DNA from: Spirochaetota bacterium | GTDB lineage: Bacteria; Spirochaetota; UBA4802; JAFGDQ01 | Assembly: GCA_043803405.1 (NCBI GenBank) | Contig: JAZDKB010000029.1 | Location: forward strand, 1-64,000 | DNA: 64,000 bases | Direction of reading: 5' to 3' | In this document: positions 29,981-41,657 of the stretch, piece after piece | Layout: the number at the start of each line of letters is the position of its first letter | How positions within the stretch are numbered: position 1 is the stretch's first letter | Notes under the pieces: generated by a model | Databases searched by the model: none | What the model saw: only the letters and a program-made list of their open reading frames with translations | Told to the model about the DNA's origin: nothing | Program-made: the position numbers and the translations under genes

Positions 29981-31193
29981 ACAAAAAATAGCTCTTATAG
30001 TACAACGATCAGGTGAAAATATTATAGGAGGGTCTGAAGGATATACCCTATCAATGTCTAATATTTTAACTGATTCATTTGATATTGATATTATCACAAC
30101 AACTGCAAAGGATTATCTAACATGGGAAAATGTCTATCCTGAAGGTGTATTCAAAATATCAGATTCTCTCAGGATAATAAGATTTAAGGCAGAATTTAAG
30201 CGTGAACCTTACTGGTATGAGCTTGATAAAATAATTACAAAAAATATTCACCTCGGTATTTTTGAAAAATTAAGTTCTCAGGAACAGAAATCTTTTATCC
30301 AATATACGCACAAACTTCCATTGGGAGTTGGAGAAGAATGGATTAAATATAATGGCCCATATTCACCCGATCTTCTTCAATATTTATCTGAGAATGAGGA
30401 TCATTATAATTATTTCATTTTTATGACATATTTGTTTGCGACAACATATTTCGGAATCGATCGGATCAAAAATACCGAGAAGATTTATTTTGTCCCGACT
30501 TATCACAATGAACCGTCTGCCTATTTACCAAATTTTTTAAAATATAATATGTATCATCATCTTTTTCTTACAAATGCTGAAAAGAATATTGCTGAACAAT
30601 TTATATATAGCAACTCAGTAAAAAATAATGTTATTGGGTTTGGCATTATGGATAGGCTGGATGAATTTTCCGCTAATTTTGAAAATATAAATGGCCAGTA
30701 TATCCTTTATGCCGGGAGGCTTGAGGAAGGGAAAGGGCTGATAAATTTATTCAAGATGTTTGAAACATATTCGGAAGAAAATAGATTCTTAAAACTTTTT
30801 TTAATTGGCGAAGGTAATTTAAAAAATTATAAGCATAAAAATATTATTTATAAAGGATTTGTCAGTGAAAAAGAAAAATTTTCATTAATGAAAAATGCGC
30901 TTGCTTTTGTTCATCCATCTGCTTTTGAGAGTCTTGGTATTGTGCTGCTTGAATCCTTTATGATGGGTACGCCTGCCATTGTAAACAGAAAGTCGGACGT
31001 TTTAAATGAACATATAATCAATTCAAAAGCCGGCTATTCGTATGATAACTACGATGAATTCAGGGATAGCTTAAATCAATTGATTAAAGATAAAGATGCT
31101 TATGAAACCCTAAGTAAAAATGCTAGGGATTATTTTATTCAAAACTACTCCATAAAGGCTTATAAAAATAGATTACTTAATATTATTAGATAA
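29967..31193 (+). CDS. Glycosyltransferase family 4
   Basis: VQR.G..IIGGSE, GRLEEGKG, PSAFESLGIVLLES. Confidence 0.92.
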   Translation: MRSSKQKIALIVQRSGENIIGGSEGYTLSMSNILTDSFDIDIITTTAKDYLTWENVYPEGVFKISDSLRIIRFKAEFKREPYWYELDKIITKNIHLGIFEKLSSQEQKSFIQYTHKLPLGVGEEWIKYNGPYSPDLLQYLSENEDHYNYFIFMTYLFATTYFGIDRIKNTEKIYFVPTYHNEPSAYLPNFLKYNMYHHLFLTNAEKNIAEQFIYSNSVKNNVIGFGIMDRLDEFSANFENINGQYILYAGRLEEGKGLINLFKMFETYSEENRFLKLFLIGEGNLKNYKHKNIIYKGFVSEKEKFSLMKNALAFVHPSAFESLGIVLLESFMMGTPAIVNRKSDVLNEHIINSKAGYSYDNYDEFRDSLNQLIKDKDAYETLSKNARDYFIQNYSIKAYKNRLLNIIR

Positions 31194-31252
31194 ATCTATT
31201 CTTATTTATCTTATATTATTTAAAAACATTTTATACATAAAATTGATTATAA

Positions 31253-33478
31253 ATGAATAAAAAATATATTAATTTGATAGCCGCTGTTGCTGTTGTTGCG
31301 ATATTTATTTGTTTGGGTTTATGGAAATTCCATGACGTGCTCGTTAATCCTAATCTCTCTTTAACAAATCAGGGTGATGGGCTTTGGTATATAAGCGCTG
31401 TTCATGCTTTTAATGAATTTGTTCGTGAAGGAAACTACTCGGCTCTCTTTGGAGATAAATTTCAATATGATATTTTAAGTTTATCCCTTACCGAACCGCT
31501 TTCTTCGAGTATATACTGGAAATGGAACTGGTATATTTTAGGCTCGTTTTTATCGCCAATAAAAGTATATGATATTAACGCCTTAATTGCGTTTGTATTG
31601 ATAGGAATAGCCGGATACGTGCTGGCACGTGAATTGGGCGCGAATTTTATTATTTCGCTATTATCGGCTTTTCTCTTGAGCCATCTCGATGTTTTTTATC
31701 AACGGATGGACGGACATCTATTAGGTCTTGGAACATACTATGCTCCAATTTTTTTAACATGGAGTGCAATACGCGCTGGTAAAAAAGCGATTTTATCGCG
31801 AATGTTAATATTTATTCTACTACTAATATTCAATTTTACTGTAAATGAATATTATGGTTATTTTGGTTTTTTCTTTGGCTGTTTATTATTCGCAGGCTAT
31901 ATTTTTGTTTATAATAAAAATTGGATTATACCCCGAAAAATTATTATCAGAAATATCTGCATTTCAATATTATTGTTCCTGGTACTTATGTGCATAATTT
32001 ATCCGCATTATATTGGATCCAAATTAATTGGTGTTTTTAATTCGTATCTGAATATTTCTCCTGATCATCATTTTGCCTGGAATGAATTCATAGCGTACAG
32101 TCTATGGAATCCGGCTACATTATTTATCCCGGGTTTTAATTTTTTAAGATTGTTTTTATGCAACATTAGTTTATATAATAGGCCGGTATTTCAAAATACT
32201 GTTGGAGAAATGACTTTTAGAATAGGAATTATTATTCCAGTTATTACATTAATTTCTTGTATTTATTATTTTATTAAATTCTATTCAAAAAAAATTAAAT
32301 CAGATATATTTATTCATAATGAGTTTATTATTTGGGTTTATGCTGCTGTAATAATGGTCATTTTTTGCCTTAATCCAAGATATATTTTTTCTTTTGTTCC
32401 ATTAACATTTAAAATAGCGCCCATGTTCCGTGTTGGGGTAAGGTCTTTACTGTATTTTGACATTGCAATTATTGCTATGTTTATACTTTTTATGCAGAAA
32501 ATAGTAAATGATTTAATACAGCGAGTAAACTTATTACCTCAGGATTTACATACTAAACGAATTTATAAAAGTACATTTGTCCTATCTTGTTTGATAATAA
32601 GTTATTTCGCTTTAGCGGATGTTTCAAACAACAACTTTTTGAATAAGTTTTATTCTGTATCCCTTCCTGTCACAAAATCATATAGTATTTTAAAAGATAA
32701 ACCAAACGGTTTTCTTGTTGAGCTTCCGGTTTTTTCTCCGGTAATCACACCTCCGGAAGAAAACTACATTTATTTATATAACCGTATTTTTCATGGAAAG
32801 CCTATATTAAATACTGTCTATACCGGTTCCGAAAATGTTATCTTTAGAGAAGCTCTACACAAACTTTCCACACAAATGAATGCGCCGGATTCTAAATTGC
32901 TGAATAAATTGAAAAGAGCGGGAGTTCAATATATTGTGGCAAATAAAAATTCTAAATTTGATTTTTCATATCTCAGCAGGACGGATTTACTTGAAAAAAT
33001 AGCTCAGGATGATTGGCGAATTATTTATCAGTTTAAAAGAGAGAAGCCTGTAAATATCGATATAAATTCAGCCAGGGAATCATTTCTTGAACAATTTATT
33101 TTTGATGGGACTGCCATTGCTGTATTATCAAAAGGATGCGGGCCAATAGTTAATATTGATAATGCATCTTTACGATCATGCGAGCAAAATGCGCTTATAC
33201 AGCTTAAGAGTTATTATACAAGACCTGTACAACTGGAGTTATGTTTAGTAATTGAACCACTGGTTAGCAGCATTTCAGCATTGAATATAAGCAGTAAGTA
33301 TTTTTCCGAAGAAGTAGAGCTTAAAACCAAAAAGGTGGTGTATAAAAAAAATATTACAATTCTATCTAACGAGAATATAGTATTGAAATTGAAAACTAAT
33401 AGAGATAGCATTTCATACGATAAAGAAAAAAATATTTATTCGTATTGGATTAAGACTATAAATTTAAAATTATTATAA
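31253..33478 (+). CDS. Multi-pass membrane protein, probable GT-C (YfhO-like) glycosyltransferase
   Basis: About 11-13 hydrophobic segments, a QGDG acidic loop after TM1, PMFRVGVR, soluble C-terminal domain with GVQYIV. Confidence 0.6.
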   Translation: MNKKYINLIAAVAVVAIFICLGLWKFHDVLVNPNLSLTNQGDGLWYISAVHAFNEFVREGNYSALFGDKFQYDILSLSLTEPLSSSIYWKWNWYILGSFLSPIKVYDINALIAFVLIGIAGYVLARELGANFIISLLSAFLLSHLDVFYQRMDGHLLGLGTYYAPIFLTWSAIRAGKKAILSRMLIFILLLIFNFTVNEYYGYFGFFFGCLLFAGYIFVYNKNWIIPRKIIIRNICISILLFLVLMCIIYPHYIGSKLIGVFNSYLNISPDHHFAWNEFIAYSLWNPATLFIPGFNFLRLFLCNISLYNRPVFQNTVGEMTFRIGIIIPVITLISCIYYFIKFYSKKIKSDIFIHNEFIIWVYAAVIMVIFCLNPRYIFSFVPLTFKIAPMFRVGVRSLLYFDIAIIAMFILFMQKIVNDLIQRVNLLPQDLHTKRIYKSTFVLSCLIISYFALADVSNNNFLNKFYSVSLPVTKSYSILKDKPNGFLVELPVFSPVITPPEENYIYLYNRIFHGKPILNTVYTGSENVIFREALHKLSTQMNAPDSKLLNKLKRAGVQYIVANKNSKFDFSYLSRTDLLEKIAQDDWRIIYQFKREKPVNIDINSARESFLEQFIFDGTAIAVLSKGCGPIVNIDNASLRSCEQNALIQLKSYYTRPVQLELCLVIEPLVSSISALNISSKYFSEEVELKTKKVVYKKNITILSNENIVLKLKTNRDSISYDKEKNIYSYWIKTINLKLL

Positions 33479-33581
33479 TAATTTATTACTGAGATTTATA
33501 AATAATATTAGTTTTGTTGTCCCAACTTATAATTAATAAGGAAGCATCAATTATTTATTTTTTATCATATTGCTTTTCTTC

Positions 33582-33908
33582 TTAACCTAGTAATAAATAA
33601 ATCGAAAAAATACCCAAAAATATTCCTATTGATTGCTTTAATGTAATTGTTTCCTTGAATAAAAGTATGCTTGATCCAATAACAAGAATCATTGTTCCAA
33701 TCGTCATTATTGGGCTAATTTTACTCAATGCAAAGTATTTTAAAATATACGCATATAATCCAAATGATAGGATATAACAGATACCTGCAAGGCTAAAAAA
33801 CAAATAAAAAGAAAAATCCTTTATCCCCCAAAAGCTTGATTTTTTAATCATCACTTGTGCAGTTGCACTGAATATGATACCAAAAACTATTAAAGTATAT
33901 TTAATCAT
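33582..33908 (-). CDS. SMR/EamA-like small 4-TM transporter (ArnE/ArnF-type flippase)
   Basis: 108 aa, four TMs, AQVMIK, LSKISP, FKETIT...IG. Confidence 0.75.
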   Translation of the reverse strand: MIKYTLIVFGIIFSATAQVMIKKSSFWGIKDFSFYLFFSLAGICYILSFGLYAYILKYFALSKISPIMTIGTMILVIGSSILLFKETITLKQSIGIFLGIFSIYLLLG

Positions 33909-34833
33909 TGCTTTTCTCCTTTATTATGTAATTCGGCCGGCATTTTTGGGACATAAAGAGTCTGCCAAGGTATTCGCCAATAATACCAATCATTATAAGT
34001 TGAATACCACCAATAAAGGATATTACAATAAGTAATGATGTCCAGCCTTCTATTGCTTTATTCGTAAATAATCCGATATAGAGTGCGAACAAACCATAAC
34101 AGAATGAAAGAAAAGCAATAATCGTTCCTATTTTTGTTGAAAAATGTAATGGCTTTACACTAAAACTGGTAATTCCAGAAATAGCAAAACTAAACATTTT
34201 CCTAAAAGAATATTTTGTTTTTCCCCAAAATCTTTCTTCAGGCATATATTCAACACCGTATTGTTTAAAGCCGAGCCAACGAATAATTCCTCTAAAAAAT
34301 AAAGGGCTTTCATGTAAAGGACGTATTACTTCAACAACAGAGCGATCAACTAATCTGAAATCTGCGCTTCCATGTTCTATTTTAATATCAGACAAAAAGT
34401 TGGATAATTTATAAAATATTTTAGCTGTTATTTTTTTAATAGTTCCAGTTTTAGGGTCATCTTTTCGTAAGGTATATACAATATCATATCCTTCTTGCCA
34501 TTTTTCAATTAGCTGAGGGATCAATTCTGGTGGATGCTGTAAATCACCATCCATGGAAATTACACAATCGCCTTTTGCATAATCCAGTCCTGCTTTTAAA
34601 GCGTTTTGGTGACCAAAATTTTTTGAAAAAGATAAATATTTAATGTTGGCATCGTTCGAATTGAGTTTTTTTATTACTTCAAATGTTCCATCTGTTGATC
34701 CATCATCAATAAAAATAATCTCGTAATTTGAGTAAATTTTCAATACTTCATATAATTTTTTTATTAATAAAGTGATGTTGCCCTCTTCATTCATTATGGG
34801 TATAACTACAGATAATTTAAAATCTTTATTCAT
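33901..34833 (-). CDS. Polyprenyl-phosphate glycosyltransferase (GtrB/ArnC/DPM1-like GT2)
   Basis: IDDGSTD, NFGHQNA, MDGDLQHPP, ADFRL, two C-terminal TMs, GEYLGR. Confidence 0.92.
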   Translation of the reverse strand: MNKDFKLSVVIPIMNEEGNITLLIKKLYEVLKIYSNYEIIFIDDGSTDGTFEVIKKLNSNDANIKYLSFSKNFGHQNALKAGLDYAKGDCVISMDGDLQHPPELIPQLIEKWQEGYDIVYTLRKDDPKTGTIKKITAKIFYKLSNFLSDIKIEHGSADFRLVDRSVVEVIRPLHESPLFFRGIIRWLGFKQYGVEYMPEERFWGKTKYSFRKMFSFAISGITSFSVKPLHFSTKIGTIIAFLSFCYGLFALYIGLFTNKAIEGWTSLLIVISFIGGIQLIMIGIIGEYLGRLFMSQKCRPNYIIKEKSND

Positions 34834-35226
34834 ATCTATTCACCTTATTGTGATTATTTTCGCTTTATTCGCCTTGATTTATTTTATAATGCAATTAAAA
34901 AAATATTTACTAAAACGTTAGTTTTTTGGATTATAAAGTAAATAAAAAATTTTTGGGATTGGACAAAAAGTAGTAATAATTTAACGAAGCTTTTTGATAT
35001 TTTTACCACGTGACGCAAAAAAGAGAATCAAAAAGCTCACAAACCTTAATTCAATTGTCAGTTCCTGATTGACTTTTTCAGGATAAATGTTTCATTGATG
35101 TTATTTGCGTTATATTATATCCAATTTAGAATTTTTTCTTTATATAAAAAAGTAATTTATAAGTAAAAGGCTACCTTTACTTAACTTGTTAAACCTGATG
35201 TTGTGACTTAAACGGACGGAGTTTTC

Positions 35227-35961
35227 ATGTTTAATAACTTTCCAAAAATGCGACCTTCTTTACCAAAAAAAATTGAAGACATTTACCTGGAACATTATAT
35301 TGCGAATCGGGAAGGTCGGACTGCTGCTTCTTTTGTAGCAAAAAAAATGGAATCCTGGCTGCATAGACAAGTTGCCAGTGACGTTGAGAATTTACAGAAT
35401 ACATCATTGGCCACATTAGAAATAGGAGCCGGCACTCTTAATCAGCTGCTGTATGAACCAATTAATAATAAATATGATATAGTTGAACCTTTTAGTGATT
35501 TATATAATAAATCATCTTTACTAGAAAATATTAGAAATATATATTGTGATATATCTGAAATACCCAAAGATAATAGATATAACAGGATCACTTCAGTGGC
35601 TGTCCTTGAACATGTTTGCAATTTGCCGGAAGTAATAGCGCGAAGTTGTCTTTTATTGTCAGAAAACGGTGTATTCCGATCAAGTATTCCCAGTGAAGGC
35701 ACATTTTTATGGGGTTTATGCTGGAAATTGTCTTCCGGCCTGGAGTTTAAATTAAAATTTGGCCTTGATTACAGTATGCTTATGAAGCATGAACATATAA
35801 ATACTGCAAAAGAAATTGATGATGGCTTAAACTATTTTTTTGAAAAGGTTAAATGTAAAGTTTTTGGATTATCAAAGTCGATTTCCATTTACCGGTATTA
35901 TGAATGCCGTATACCAAATATTAAAAGATGTGAAGAGTATTTGAAAACTCTTTCTAAATAA
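35227..35961 (+). CDS. Class I SAM-dependent methyltransferase
   Basis: TLEIGAGT, AVLEHV, IPSEG. Confidence 0.8.
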   Translation: MFNNFPKMRPSLPKKIEDIYLEHYIANREGRTAASFVAKKMESWLHRQVASDVENLQNTSLATLEIGAGTLNQLLYEPINNKYDIVEPFSDLYNKSSLLENIRNIYCDISEIPKDNRYNRITSVAVLEHVCNLPEVIARSCLLLSENGVFRSSIPSEGTFLWGLCWKLSSGLEFKLKFGLDYSMLMKHEHINTAKEIDDGLNYFFEKVKCKVFGLSKSISIYRYYECRIPNIKRCEEYLKTLSK

Positions 35962-36047
35962 AAAATTGTTTTTAAAGAATACAATTAATTGCTTTTTTTT
36001 ATAAATTATAAAGAAATAATCATAATTACAACTAAGGCAGCTAATAT

Positions 36048-37016
36048 ATGAAAAAAGCACTAATAACAGGCATTGCCGGCCAGGACGGTTCCTACCTGGC
36101 GGAGCTGCTCTTGTCAAAAGGATATGCGGTATATGGCATTGACCAGCAGTCTGTCATTGATGGCGGCGAAAAATATTTAAAGAATATTAATCCTATAATA
36201 AATAAAATCGATCTTTCTGTTGATTCTCTGCAAAGTATTTTTTCTGTTAGCAAAATAATTAAAACAGTTGCACCTGACGAATGCTATCATCTGGCGGCAT
36301 CGACTTTTGTGGGTTACGCGTTTAAAGAAGAATTTGCTGTATTAAACAATAATATCAACAGCACGCATTTTTTACTTTCTTCGGTTAAGGAACATGCTCC
36401 ATTATGCAGATTTTTTTTCGCGGCCAGCAGCGAGTTGTTCGGAAATGCAGCGCATTCTCCTCAGAATGAGCATACCCCTTTTAATCCGCGTTCGATATAC
36501 GGTATTTCAAAACTCACCGGGTATAACCTTGTAAAGTATTACCGGGAGCAGCATGGATTATTCGCGTGCTCGGGCATACTTTATAATCACGAATCTCCCC
36601 GTCGGGGGAATAATTTTGTCACAAAAAAAGTTGTGAGTAAGGCAGTTAAGATTAAACTGGGTATAGAAGATGAATTGCTGCTCGGTAATATGGACGCGAA
36701 GCGCGACTGGGGTTACGCGCCGGATTATGTTAATGCCATGCATCTTATGCTGCAGACGGAGAAACCGGACGACTACGTAATAGCGAGCGGAGAAGTTCAC
36801 AGCATTAATGAACTTACGGAGATAGTATTCTCGCATCTTGGGCTTGACTATAAAAATTACGTAAAGACTGATCCGGCTTTGCTAAGACCTGCTGAGGAAC
36901 TCCTGTTATGCGGGAATTCGGTTAAAGCAATGAAGAATCTAAACTGGAGACGGACAAAATCCTTCAAAGAAATAATTATCGAAATGATTGACAGCGAAAT
37001 GAAATTATACAAATAA
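36048..37016 (+). CDS. gmd: GDP-mannose 4,6-dehydratase
   Basis: ALITGIAGQDGSYLAE, YGISK, NHESPRRG, RDWGYA. Confidence 0.92.
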   Translation: MKKALITGIAGQDGSYLAELLLSKGYAVYGIDQQSVIDGGEKYLKNINPIINKIDLSVDSLQSIFSVSKIIKTVAPDECYHLAASTFVGYAFKEEFAVLNNNINSTHFLLSSVKEHAPLCRFFFAASSELFGNAAHSPQNEHTPFNPRSIYGISKLTGYNLVKYYREQHGLFACSGILYNHESPRRGNNFVTKKVVSKAVKIKLGIEDELLLGNMDAKRDWGYAPDYVNAMHLMLQTEKPDDYVIASGEVHSINELTEIVFSHLGLDYKNYVKTDPALLRPAEELLLCGNSVKAMKNLNWRRTKSFKEIIIEMIDSEMKLYK

Positions 37017-37089
37017 AGTTTTAAGAATCACTCGTGTTTTTTCTTGGGTAAAATATTTCTGAGGCGTATCACAAATTCCATTTTAAGCT

Positions 37090-38214
37090 ATGATAAAAAT
37101 CGGCGTAGACGGCAGAGCATTAACAAATGACAGTCCCGCAGGTGTAACCAGTTTTTTAATTGCTGCTCTGAATAATTTACCCGAATATCTTCCTGATGTA
37201 CTTTTTCTTGTATTTTCCCATAAACATGTTTCAAAGGTAGCAAAACAAAGACTGAAGTCTTTTAACAATGTTAAATATATTCTGGAAGAGTTTGCATTTT
37301 TCTCTGAAATTGGAGTAGTATGGTTCCAGTTTAAACTTCCTTTTATATTAAAAAAATATAATGTAGATTATTTCTGGGGAGCGGGTCAGGTAATACCATT
37401 TTTTCTTCCTGATAAACTAAGAACAATAGTAACTATTTATGATGTCGTATTTTTGAAATATAAAAATACAATGTCGCTTCCAACATTGCTTGAAAGCATA
37501 ATCTGGATCAGGAAGAGCATTAATAATTCGGATATTATATGGGCAATATCCGAATACACAAAATATGAACTTGAGAATGCTTTTCCTGAAAGAAAGTGTA
37601 AAGAGATTTTCGTCGGATTATCTATTGAGCAGGATTGTTTTAGAAAAATTAAAGTTACTAAAAATGAAAAAAATGACTTACTTGTTAAAAATAAAGTGAC
37701 TCATCCTTTTATTATATTTGTAGGCACTCTTGAACCAAGAAAAAATCTTCAGTTTCTTCTTTCCTTAATGCCGGAGCTTGCAATGAAGGGAATAAGTTTG
37801 CTTGTGATTGGCGGGAGAGGATGGAAACAGGCAAAGGTAATTTCCGGAATATTAAATCAGCCAAATTTTCCTAAAGAGAAAGTAATTTTTGCAGGATATG
37901 TTTCATTAACTGAATTAATTAAGCTTTATAATGTTGCAGACCTGCTTGTTTCTGTTTCGTTGAATGAAGGTTACGGCCTTCCGTTGAAGGAAGCAATGTC
38001 GTGCGGCTGTCCGGTAATCTGCCCCGATAATTCCGCGATGAGAGAAGTTGTTAAGGATCCAAAAATGAAGATAACCGGCTGGGACAGGCAGGAATGGACA
38101 AATAATATAACACGGCAAATTTTTTCAGGACAGAGATTGAAGAATAGTTCTTCCGGAATAAATGAGTGGAAAAACATCTCGAATGGTTTTAAAAAACGAT
38201 TATGCGAATATTGA
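37090..38214 (+). CDS. GT4 glycosyltransferase (mannosyltransferase-like)
   Basis: VGTLEPRKN, EGYGLPLKEAM. Confidence 0.9.
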   Translation: MIKIGVDGRALTNDSPAGVTSFLIAALNNLPEYLPDVLFLVFSHKHVSKVAKQRLKSFNNVKYILEEFAFFSEIGVVWFQFKLPFILKKYNVDYFWGAGQVIPFFLPDKLRTIVTIYDVVFLKYKNTMSLPTLLESIIWIRKSINNSDIIWAISEYTKYELENAFPERKCKEIFVGLSIEQDCFRKIKVTKNEKNDLLVKNKVTHPFIIFVGTLEPRKNLQFLLSLMPELAMKGISLLVIGGRGWKQAKVISGILNQPNFPKEKVIFAGYVSLTELIKLYNVADLLVSVSLNEGYGLPLKEAMSCGCPVICPDNSAMREVVKDPKMKITGWDRQEWTNNITRQIFSGQRLKNSSSGINEWKNISNGFKKRLCEY

Positions 38215-39347
38215 TTGATTATACACAGATCCCTGTTGAAAGACTGGGTGTAGGGAATTATGCTTATAACTTAATATTAGAGTTATTAAATATTGATAAA
38301 GTAAATAAATATTTTGTAATTATTCAGGATGATGAAAACTCATTTAATAACATAGCGAACAGCAATTTTCATTTAATTAAAGTTAATCATTTATTATTCA
38401 GAAGGCTATTGTTCAGGTTTTTTCTGGAGCAGCTTTATATTCCTTTTTTAATTTTTATGAGCAAAATCGATATTGTCCATTCGCTGCATTACTCTTTCCC
38501 GCTTTTTAAATTTAAAGCAAAGAGGGTTGTGAATATATATGATTTAACTTTTTATTTATTTCCATATGTCCATCAGGTTTTTAAAAGGTACTATTTCCGT
38601 TTTTTTATAAAGCTTGCTGCATTGTTAAATAACAGGATTATATGTATTTCAAATTCGACATTGGACGATTTGATTAATATTACAGGTGCAAACAGCAAAG
38701 AGTGCAGTGTTGTATATTTAGGTAAGTCGGGCATTTACAAGCCATCTCGAAACATTAAGAAAATTAAAGAAATTAAACGTAAATATAATATCAATGGAAA
38801 TTATTTATTATTCATTGGCACAATCGAGCCAAGAAAAAATATTGAATCATTAATTATGGCATTTAATAAAGTTTTTAAAAATAAAGACCCGGAAATTTCA
38901 TTAGTAATTGCCGGGAAAAAGGGATGGTATTATAACGAAATTTTTGAATTAGTAAAAAAATTAAATATTAAGGATAAGGTAATCTTTACCGGATATGTTC
39001 TCGAAGAAGAAAAGCCATTATTGATAAACGGGTGTAAAATTTTTATTTATCCTTCAATATATGAAGGTTTCGGTTTACCGGTGCTGGAAGCAATGGCCTG
39101 CGGTGCACCTGTAATAACGAGCAATATTTCATCAATGCCGGAAGTTGCCGGCAATGGGGCGTTATTATTGAATAATCCAAAGGACGTAAACGAGATTGCT
39201 TCCAGTATTGAATCGCTCTTAACTAATAAAAAGGAATTGGCAAAATACAGAGCATTGGGATTAAAGCAGTCTGCAAAGTTCAACTGGAAATATACTGCGT
39301 TAAAGACATTGGAGATTTATAAAACAGTAAATTCTCAAGAGCAATAG
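38202..39347 (+). CDS. GT4 glycosyltransferase (mannosyltransferase-like)
   Basis: [27 protein letters not shown]. Confidence 0.92.
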   Translation: MRILIDYTQIPVERLGVGNYAYNLILELLNIDKVNKYFVIIQDDENSFNNIANSNFHLIKVNHLLFRRLLFRFFLEQLYIPFLIFMSKIDIVHSLHYSFPLFKFKAKRVVNIYDLTFYLFPYVHQVFKRYYFRFFIKLAALLNNRIICISNSTLDDLINITGANSKECSVVYLGKSGIYKPSRNIKKIKEIKRKYNINGNYLLFIGTIEPRKNIESLIMAFNKVFKNKDPEISLVIAGKKGWYYNEIFELVKKLNIKDKVIFTGYVLEEEKPLLINGCKIFIYPSIYEGFGLPVLEAMACGAPVITSNISSMPEVAGNGALLLNNPKDVNEIASSIESLLTNKKELAKYRALGLKQSAKFNWKYTALKTLEIYKTVNSQEQ

Positions 39348-39382
39348 ACTTTCAATTCTAATTTATCAAAAATAACTGCTGA

Positions 39383-40219
39383 ATGCAAAGAATAAAAATA
39401 ACAGCATCGGTTGTAATTTATAAAAATGAACCTGAGCAAATCAGGTTACTGCTCTCATGCCTGCTGGACACAAAGATTATCAGCAGAATTTATCTTATTG
39501 ATAATTCACCTGATAAAATCTCTGCTTCTACATTAAAGTTGCCACAAAAATGCGAATATATTTTTACAGGCTCAAATATCGGGTATGGGGCAGGGCATAA
39601 CATAGCGATCAGGAAGTCACTGGCGTTAAACAGTAAATATCATCTTGTTGTGAATCCCGATATTAGCTTTAAAAAGGGAACGCTTGAGAAGGTACTAAAA
39701 TATATGGACGAGCATCCGGATACAGGGTTGCTTATGCCAAAGATACTGTATCCGGATGGCAGCACTCAATACCTGTGCAAGCTATTACCTACACCGTTTG
39801 ACTGGATATTCAGACGGTTTTTACCGATAAAAAAATATGTAGAAAAAAGAAATAATTTATTTGAATTAAGATTTTCCGGTTATGATAAAATTATGGTTGT
39901 GCCGTATCTTTCCGGATGTTTTATGTGTTTCCGTACAGATGCTTTAAAAGAAACCGGGCTATTCGATGAAAAAATTTTCATGTACGGTGAGGATACGGAC
40001 ATTACCCGGCGTATTTATCAATATTATAAAACGATTTATTATCCTTTTGCTGAAGCAGTTCATGAGTTCCATAAGGAGTCATATAAAAATATTAAACTAT
40101 TACTGGTCCATATAAAATCCGCCATATATTATTTTATTAAATGGGGATGGTTTTTTGACAGAGAAAGGCGGGAAATAAACAAAGAAGTTCTTGAGAAGAT
40201 TAAGAATAATATTCAGTAA
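39383..40219 (+). CDS. GT2 glycosyltransferase (rhamnosyltransferase-like)
   Basis: NIGYGAGHN, VNPD, SGCFM, FDEKIFMYGEDTD. Confidence 0.9.
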   Translation: MQRIKITASVVIYKNEPEQIRLLLSCLLDTKIISRIYLIDNSPDKISASTLKLPQKCEYIFTGSNIGYGAGHNIAIRKSLALNSKYHLVVNPDISFKKGTLEKVLKYMDEHPDTGLLMPKILYPDGSTQYLCKLLPTPFDWIFRRFLPIKKYVEKRNNLFELRFSGYDKIMVVPYLSGCFMCFRTDALKETGLFDEKIFMYGEDTDITRRIYQYYKTIYYPFAEAVHEFHKESYKNIKLLLVHIKSAIYYFIKWGWFFDRERREINKEVLEKIKNNIQ

Positions 40220-40225
40220 ACAATT

Positions 40226-41584
40226 ATGCTGACAACGATCAATAAGCGCTATAAATATTTTTTTTTAATATACGATATTACTCTCATAGTAGTTACAATT
40301 TTTCTGGCTCCGTTTATCAGATTAAACGACTTCTTCAATGACTATATCACATTTAACCAGCCGCAATTATATTTAATCGTATTTATATATATCTTTATTT
40401 TTTATGTTTTTGATCTTTATGCGATTAAAATTTATAAAACAAAATGGAGTTTTATTGCTAATTATACTTATGCTTTTGCGTTTATTGGTTTTTCTATCGC
40501 GGCATTCTTTTATTTATTTTCAAACTTAAAATATGGAAGAGGAATCTGGATTATTCAAATAGGACTGGCTTATATAATTCTTGCTCTTGGCAGAATAGGC
40601 GTAATCAACTACATCAACCGGAGGGTGCCTAAAAAAAGAATATTGATACTGGGCAACAGCATAGGCGAACATATAATAGCTGAGGAACTGGATGACGCTT
40701 ACTGCGATTTTTTAGGATACCTTGGAGAAAAAAAGCCGCATTCTCATTATAAGCATCTGGGAAGTTTTAAAATAATTGATGATATTATAAACAAATTAAA
40801 TCCTGATGCAATTGTCATTGCTGACAGAAGAATAATCAAAGGAGATGTGGAGCGTTCTATCCTTATGTCCAAGATGCGCGGAATTTATATTTATGATATG
40901 CCTGCGATTATTGAAGCTTTAAAAGGTAAAGTGCCGGTGCATCATATTGACGATTACTGGGTAATATATAATTCATTTGCAGGTTTGCATGCGAATCAGT
41001 ACAATATTAGGTTTAAGCGGTTTATGGATATTGTAATCTCTCTTGTTGGTCTTATTTTATCATCGCCAATACTTGCTGTCGCGGTTATTGTAATAAAATT
41101 TGAGTCAAAAGGCCCGGTATTTTACAGGCAGATTAGGATGGGGCTGAACGAGCATCCTTTTGAAATCATCAAGTTCAGATCCATGCATCACGAGGCTGAA
41201 GGTAACGGCGCTGTATGGGCTGCTAAGAACGACAGCAGAATAACCAGGGTTGGGAAGATAATACGGAAGCTGCGTGTTGATGAGCTGCCGCAGCTGATCA
41301 ATGTGCTTAAGGGAGAGATGACCGTGGTTGGCCCAAGGCCGGAAAGGCCGGAGTTTGTTGAAATGCTTAAGGAAAAAATCCCGTACTATTCACTGCGCCA
41401 TCTGATAAGGCCCGGCCTTACCGGCTGGGCGCAAATCAATTATCCTTATGGTGCGTCTATAAATGACACGCGCCATAAGCTGGAATATGATCTTTACTAT
41501 ATGCGTCACCTGACTTTAAAAATGGATATTGCAATAATTCTAAAAACGATTAAGATAATTCTGTTTGGCCAGGGAGCTCGTTAG
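40226..41584 (+). CDS. Priming polyprenyl phosphoglycosyl transferase (WbaP/WcaJ family)
   Basis: Four N-terminal TMs; KFRSM, RVDELPQLINVLKGEM, GPRPERP, PGLTGWAQ. Confidence 0.93.
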   Translation: MLTTINKRYKYFFLIYDITLIVVTIFLAPFIRLNDFFNDYITFNQPQLYLIVFIYIFIFYVFDLYAIKIYKTKWSFIANYTYAFAFIGFSIAAFFYLFSNLKYGRGIWIIQIGLAYIILALGRIGVINYINRRVPKKRILILGNSIGEHIIAEELDDAYCDFLGYLGEKKPHSHYKHLGSFKIIDDIINKLNPDAIVIADRRIIKGDVERSILMSKMRGIYIYDMPAIIEALKGKVPVHHIDDYWVIYNSFAGLHANQYNIRFKRFMDIVISLVGLILSSPILAVAVIVIKFESKGPVFYRQIRMGLNEHPFEIIKFRSMHHEAEGNGAVWAAKNDSRITRVGKIIRKLRVDELPQLINVLKGEMTVVGPRPERPEFVEMLKEKIPYYSLRHLIRPGLTGWAQINYPYGASINDTRHKLEYDLYYMRHLTLKMDIAIILKTIKIILFGQGAR

Positions 41585-41657
41585 TTTATTAGATGGTACG
41601 ATGTCAAACCATATTTAAAATCTTACGATTTTAAAAATAACTTCATTGTGAATATTT

